64,000 bases of DNA from NCBI GenBank assembly GCA_015680685.1, contig MNCI01000805.1, forward strand, positions 14,573 to 78,572, read 5' to 3'. Of this stretch, positions 58,221-64,000 are shown in pieces; the stretch's first letter is position 1; each line of letters begins with the position of its first letter. Under the pieces are notes generated by a model. It made no database searches and had not been told where the DNA came from. It saw only the letters and a program-made list of their open reading frames with translations. This DNA comes from Gnetum montanum. Lineage: Eukaryota; Plantae; Gnetophyta. The position numbers were made by a program, and so were the translations under genes.

Positions 58221-58722
58221 GGCTTTACATAATCCCCTCCATTTGGGTGATGTACAAAAAGGAGGAGAGTTTTTATGGTTATTTTTGTATACTTGTAAAG
58301 GATATACAGTTGTGAACAATTATATGAGATTGTATATTTCTAGAGATACAATGGTGGAGAGTTATATGAGCACATGTTGCCATGATTTATGCACTTTTTA
58401 TTTGGGGAAAGGTTTTGATACATATATATATATCACCTATATATATAGTTTATTCTTGCATCATGAATATATGGATAGTCTTTGGGTAGTTTTTGATGTG
58501 ACCATTTTCTTGTGTTACTCTCTTGTGATTTCAACTAATGGATATGTGTTGTTTAATGCTTCATCTCTTTTCCTTTGCCTTTATTGTTGTCAGAGGATTA
58601 TTAATGAATACACACACATACACAAAATATGGTTTTGCTTTAAAATTACTCAATCATATGATATTAGGAAATGTGCTAACACATTTTCTCAAGTTTTATG
58701 ACATCACCAAAAAGGGAAACAT

Positions 58723-59873
58723 TATTGAACTTTAGGTATGTCAAAACCTTGGAAAATGGAGAACGTGGAAAATGCATTTGTATGGTTTTTTAGGGCTAAA
58801 AAATAACATGACAAGAGCATAATCATGAGCTTCTAAGTGACAAGATGAGATTGTGATGATGAGAGTTGAGTTGTCAAGACAAGAGTTGGGATGACAAAAT
58901 AAGAACTGGGATGATAAAATGAGAGATAGTATGACAAAATAAGAGCTAGGATGCTAATTTGAGATGACATAAAATATTAATTAGAAAATAAAGTCTACAA
59001 CCCAAAGAAGATGTTTTGAGATTTTTCGACACATTCCAAATATCAAAGAAATGTCCTAGAGTTCAAAGTGTAGTAGTATGTTAGATGTCCCAAATTGACA
59101 GTAAACATCCCAATTGCTACTGGGACCTCCCAAGTGAGACATACTAATTTTTTTTGGGACATCCCACTTGAATGAATGCTATTTTTAGATAGATGTCCTA
59201 AACATTAATTGGACATCCCAACTAGGCATTTCCTAGCTGTTACACAAATTCTAAGGAGGATTTAGAAAGTAAAAGGTTATAAAATAGAGTGAAATCATTG
59301 GGAAACACATAAGCATTGTTCATTGATTAATCAAATTATTGTATATAAAGTGAATTATTTTTGTTCCTCATTTTTCCATCATTTTTGTATTGTTGTATGT
59401 GTGGCTAAGTGCAAGGAATTTGTAATGTGAGTTACATTCTCTTCTTGATTTTGTATCTCTCTTTGTAGCCCTACAGGGTTGATTTGCTTCTTATGAGAAG
59501 GCATCTTGTAAGCTTGTTAGAACCTTGCAGGGTTGAGTGTGTTTCTAGCATAAAAACACTCCAAGAGTAGCTTACATCTTTATAAAGGTTTTGGGATCTT
59601 TGAAACCACTTTTTGAGCTTGTTGGAATCTTGCGGGATTGAGTGTATCTATAGCAACAAAACACTTAGACAAGATCTCAAACATTATAAAGATTGTGGCA
59701 TCCTTTAAACCACTTTTTGAAGGAACAAAGTCTAGAGGTGTGTAAGGACTCTACCCTTTGAGTGTGAACATATCCAAGTTGGGGAATTATGTAAATTTGT
59801 TTGTAGTTCTGGTTGTCTTGGTTGTTTGATTTGGGGAACTTATTCAATCCCCCTTCTAAGTTCTTGGGCCTCA
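58723..59873 (+). repeat. Element E 3' LTR
   Basis: Follows the PPT at 58709-58720; starts TATTGA (G>A relative to TGTTGA) and ends CCTCA. Confidence 0.87.
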
Positions 59874-60329
59874 TCCTTTATGAAAAATAATTTATTATTA
59901 GATTTTGAGTGACTATGATTTGTAGGCATCTTGCACTTACTAAACTACAATTGGACCACAACTTGCATCTTGTCACATTGATAAAATCTAATTATTTTCT
60001 ATGAATATTTCTCTGCTAATTGTGATCAACTACAACTTGCAATTTCAAGAGTGTGATCTTATTGTGATTTATAGGGATCTATAACTTGTTATTAAACCTT
60101 AGAAAATATGAATTTTATTTTTTTCATAAACAAAAATAGATTTTAATTCATAGTTTCCTATAGTTACAAGCTATGATTAATTGAAACCTGCAATTAAGTT
60201 GTAGTTGCCTACCCGAGCCTGAAAAGAAATTTAAATGATCCTAAAACAAAAATAAATAGCTCCTATGCCTATGTTGATGTCCTTATCATATCTCTCATCC
60301 TTTAAGAGATCCTTATATTACTTGGAAAA

Positions 60330-63300
60330 GACACTTGGGATAGCATCAGACCCTCACAAAATCAATCCTTTTTCATTAATTGAGATGGTATTCTTAGGTC
60401 ATTCATCATGCCAATTGGCCAAATACTCATGCCTTTTCTTTCCTCTTATGCTCACTGCTTCACATAATTGTAACATAATTAATTTCCTTAATGACTTAAA
60501 TGGAGTTTAATCTTAAATTACATCCTTAAGTAGTTAAAGATTTTCTTGCAAGTATAATGCAAGAACATTACCATGATATGGACTCAAATTTGAAATATTA
60601 AAAACATCAGAAATAGAAAAATAATTAGACAAATCAATTTCATATGCATTAGCATTGACTTTTTTTGTAATATTTAATGTTCTAATCCTTCTTGATTTAA
60701 TATTTAAGAAATGCACTTTCCTCTACCTTTCCTTGCTTAAAAGGATCCACACATAATCTTCAATTTTAAATTGAATTTTTATATTATCTTCATTGGCCTT
60801 GAATGCCATATCTTGAGTATTGAACTTGGATTTATTCATGCAATTTTTTTATTATTTTAATAAAATAAACACTCAAGTAGGCACACTTATCAAATTATCT
60901 TAATTCATCAATCATTTTGAGTGAGAAAACATAATTTTTAACAAATAAACTATTATCAATACTAATATGAAAAGCATTGTTGTAAGAAAATTTAGCATGG
61001 GTTGTAATATTTTTTCATCTTTGAGGTTGATCATCACATAAGAATCTAAGAATTGTTAGCAAAATTTATTAACAAATTTAGTTTTTCCATTGGTTTAAGG
61101 ATGATAGGTTTTAGAGAATAATAAATTTGTTGCTGAAAATTGCCAATGTGATCTTGAAATATGACTTTTGAAACTAACATCCCTATCATTAATAATATTC
61201 AATGGAATGTCATGCAATTTCATAACATGCTAAAATAAGAGATTAGAAACATGAGAAGCATGAATACTTCTCATACATGGAGTAAAATTAGTGATCTTTA
61301 TCAATGCATATATTGAAACATGTATAGAACCATGACTAGATTTTTTTAAAATGCAGCAAATAAAATTCAAAGAAATAATTTTCCAAGGAGCACTTAGGAT
61401 TGACAATGACATATAGTTTTCATCAATACCTTTCCCACCTTTGAACTTTTGATAAACATAACATTCCTTAAAAAATTTAAGCACATTTCTATACATGATT
61501 AAAAATAACTCTTACTTACTAATTATAATGTTTTTTTGTTTGTCCATATGTCCAACCATATTACTATTATGATTTATTTTTCAAAATATTTAGTTTAAAA
61601 TAACGATTTAAAACATAAATGTTACTATCCTTAAAAAGAATATCATGTTAGATATGGTAAGTCTTCCACTTATTAGCCCTTCCTAATAATGGAAAACTCA
61701 AATCTTTCCATACATCACTAAAATCAATATCATTAGGATATAAATTGGTAAAGATTCAAAATCACTAGCCTTAACACAAGAATGAGCAACATGGATGCTT
61801 AACAATCCATCTACTAAAAAATTAGATTTTCTACTCATATGCTTAATAAAATGAAACTATTGAAGTTTCTCAACCCATTTTATATTCTTGTCACTTAGTT
61901 TTTTTTGGAATTCAAAAACTAAAGTCCTTTATGATTAGTAAGTAAAAGGAATTCTAGCAAGTGATGCCTTCAATGTTTGATAGATTTAAGTATAGCATAT
62001 TATTCTTTCTCATATACACTATACTTTTTTCTAGACTCATTCAACTTTTTAGAATAAAATTTGATGGGCTTACCCTATTATGAAAGTACACCATTAATAA
62101 AAATCTCACTTACATCTACCTCCACTTCAAAAATCTTGAAGAAGCTTGAGAATACCAACACTGAAGCTATAAATATTTTTCTTCAAAGTTTAAAATGATC
62201 TTTCTTCAGCATCATCCCACATAAAGAATGAATTTTTATTTAAATAAGAGAACATAGGGCATGCATTAAAATTAAAATATTTAAAAAATGTTCTTTAGAA
62301 ACTAGCCAAACCAAGAAAATATCTCATATCTTTCACATCTTTAGGTGAAAGCCACTCTTTGATTGCCTTGATCTTGCTTAGCTTCATTTTAACTTGATTC
62401 TCGAAGAAAACATGACCCAAGTACATAATTTTCTTCTTGATGAAAAAATATTTCTTGACATTAATGGCTAATTGAGCCTCATGAAACTTTGAGCACATCA
62501 TCCTCAAGTGTTATGCATGCTCATGTTCATTTGAGCTATAAACCAAAGTATTATTAAAGAAAAATATGCAACATTTTCCAATAATATCTCTCAAAACATC
62601 ATGTGTAAGGTTCATGAATGTGGCTAGAGCATTCGTTAGCCAAAAAGGAATGACTAACGATTCATATAAAGCATTAGGAGTTTTAAAGTCTATCTTCCAT
62701 TTAATTCCCAAGTCTAATCCTAATTTGATGGTAATGAATTTTCATTTCAATCTTTTTTTAAAAAAATACTTAGCATTTTACAAGACATGAAGAATGTCAT
62801 CCATTCTAAGCATAGTAAATTCGTGCTTAATTATTATCCTACTTACAACCATAAAATTAATGCACATTCTCATTTCATCAATGTTCTTTTTGAATATAAG
62901 AATTTTCAAAATGGTACATGGGAAAATAGAATTCTTGAAAAAATCATTAGAAAGTAATTTACTTATTTTTGAAGTTCCTTCTTTTGATATGAAGTAATCT
63001 AGTAAGATCTCTCATTTAGGATTGTTTCTCTAAACATAAAATTTGTTAGGTGTTAAATGAATCTCATTGGTGACAATTTTTCTAAATTTCCTTTTCAGAC
63101 ACCAACAAAGTCTTATGTTAAAGGTTGCACTACTACTAGAAGTTTATTTTGTAGCTTCTCTTCACATGTTGTAATAGTAGGAATAGTGACAATGCCATGT
63201 CTAATTTCTTCATGAGCTTTGACATAATCCTTATCACAAAGCAAAATCAAAGAAACATTAAAAGGAACATTCTCTTTGTATTGTTATAATGCCATAGGAA

Positions 63301-63747
63301 TTAATTAGTGTATTCCATCTTTCCTTGGAGTTGATCATATATTTCATGCACCATCAACTATAGTCTTATTATCATAATTCCAAAGGTCTACCATGCATGA
63401 CATTAATACTATCTATGGAAAGAATTCCACATTACAGAATCAATCTTAAAAGAGAAAATGAATCTCTCCTTAACTTCTTGAAAATGATTTCTAAAGAGTT
63501 AATACACTCTATAGGACTTAGTATGAGGAAATTTATTCAAGCCAAGTCTTTCTACTATCTTAGAAGAAATAAAATTTTCTTGTGCACCACAAGTTATTAA
63601 GATGTGTATTCATTTATCACTAGAGAGACATCTAGCCCTAATTTTAAAGAGAAATTTCCTTAAAGGATCCTTATTAACATCAACATTTCCTATAAAAGAA
63701 TTAATTTTAGTCACATCTTTGATTAAATAAGAATTATGATTACCTTC
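60330..63747 (-). pseudogene. pol: Element F: highly degenerate chromovirus (Ty3/gypsy) pol with RT, RH, INT and chromodomain
   Basis: WKIDFKT..LYESLVIPFWLTNA.ATFM..; YLGHV..KIKAIKEW..P..V..FLGLASF (RT); C..CQ..PWKIISLNF (INT); NAYEIDL..DVFNISNLSPY; RGKKRHEYLANW..*PKNT.SINE..L (chromodomain, ~60365-60460). Strongly AT-shifted. Confidence 0.8.
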
Positions 63748-64000
63748 TGATGAGTGGCGAGGTACCCCTACACTCCACCATACGAAACGAGCGTACACGC
63801 GCGATCCGGTTGAACTCCGCAGACTAAATGCCTTAACGCCACAAGAAACACTTGGGGTTAATCGTTCGTTGTCTTCCCAGGCTTGCTTGTAAGTGTCACG
63901 GTGTATGGTTAAGCAAGTCTGAGGTATGTGATTTTTTTGGTATTTTCGGCTTATCTTCTATGCTACCAGGAGAAGGGTTGAGAAAACTAAACTAACTCTA
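63748..64000 (-). mobile_element. Start of another C-family LTR (young insertion into element F), truncated by the window end
   Basis: Near-identical to 35455-35708 (TGATGAGTGGCGAGGTACCCC...). The expected TSD is CCTTC (63743-63747). Confidence 0.95.

Larger units (their letters stand above)
53407..59873 (+). mobile_element. Element E: Sirevirus(SIRE)-like Ty1/copia element lacking pol (gag + env-like only)
   Basis: LTRs 53407-54583 and 58723-59873 end TATTCAA(C/T)CCCC..CCTCA. Met-type PBS TGGTATCAAAG. PPT CACCAAAAAGGGAAAC plus upstream PPT-like tracts (57835, 58256). GGGA(C/T)(A/G)TCCC motifs in the LTRs and upstream of env. TSD is weak (TTATT/TCCTT). Confidence 0.85.
53018..60288 (-). repeat. 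Probable 3' LTR of element F (~0.8 kb), split by element E
   Basis: TGAT at 53018 and ATCA at 60288. On the - strand a purine tract AAAGGATGAGAGA precedes TGAT at 60288, and a TATAAAAA lies near 53340-53346. Confidence 0.45.

Overview
Eukaryotic (land-plant-type) repeat-rich DNA made almost entirely of nested retroelements. I found no host gene, RNA gene or CRISPR array, and the species cannot be determined from the sequence. From left to right: (1) a partial Athila-like LTR (1-~503). (2) Element A, a complete but decayed Tat/Ogre-type Ty3/gypsy element (1687-21277, + strand, TSD ATTAC). Its gag-protease and RT-aRH-INT regions are separated by about 6 kb, and that spacer carries a multi-exon antisense gene with canonical plant introns. 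(3) A ~3 kb solo LTR (22425-25458). (4) Element B, an old Athila-type element (26907-53013, - strand, TSD ATGTT) with gag-pol and an env-like ORF. It hosts element C, a young pol-less Athila relative with an intact 1114-aa Gag-protease ORF (28865-36488, TSD TAGTC), and element D, an apparently full-length L1-type LINE (43680-49001, 13-bp TSD). (5) Element E, a pol-less Sirevirus-like Ty1/copia element (gag + env-like, 53407-59873). (6) Element F, a very degenerate chromodomain-bearing gypsy element (- strand), interrupted at 63748 by a second copy of the young C-family LTR. The most interesting observation is the spliced antisense gene inside element A's protease-RT spacer, flanked by arrays that share a motif, in an element that has a hairpin rather than a polypurine tract before its 3' LTR. 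Several n-bounded segments are assembly artefacts. Alignments and translations were done by eye, so family assignments and approximate boundaries need computational confirmation.
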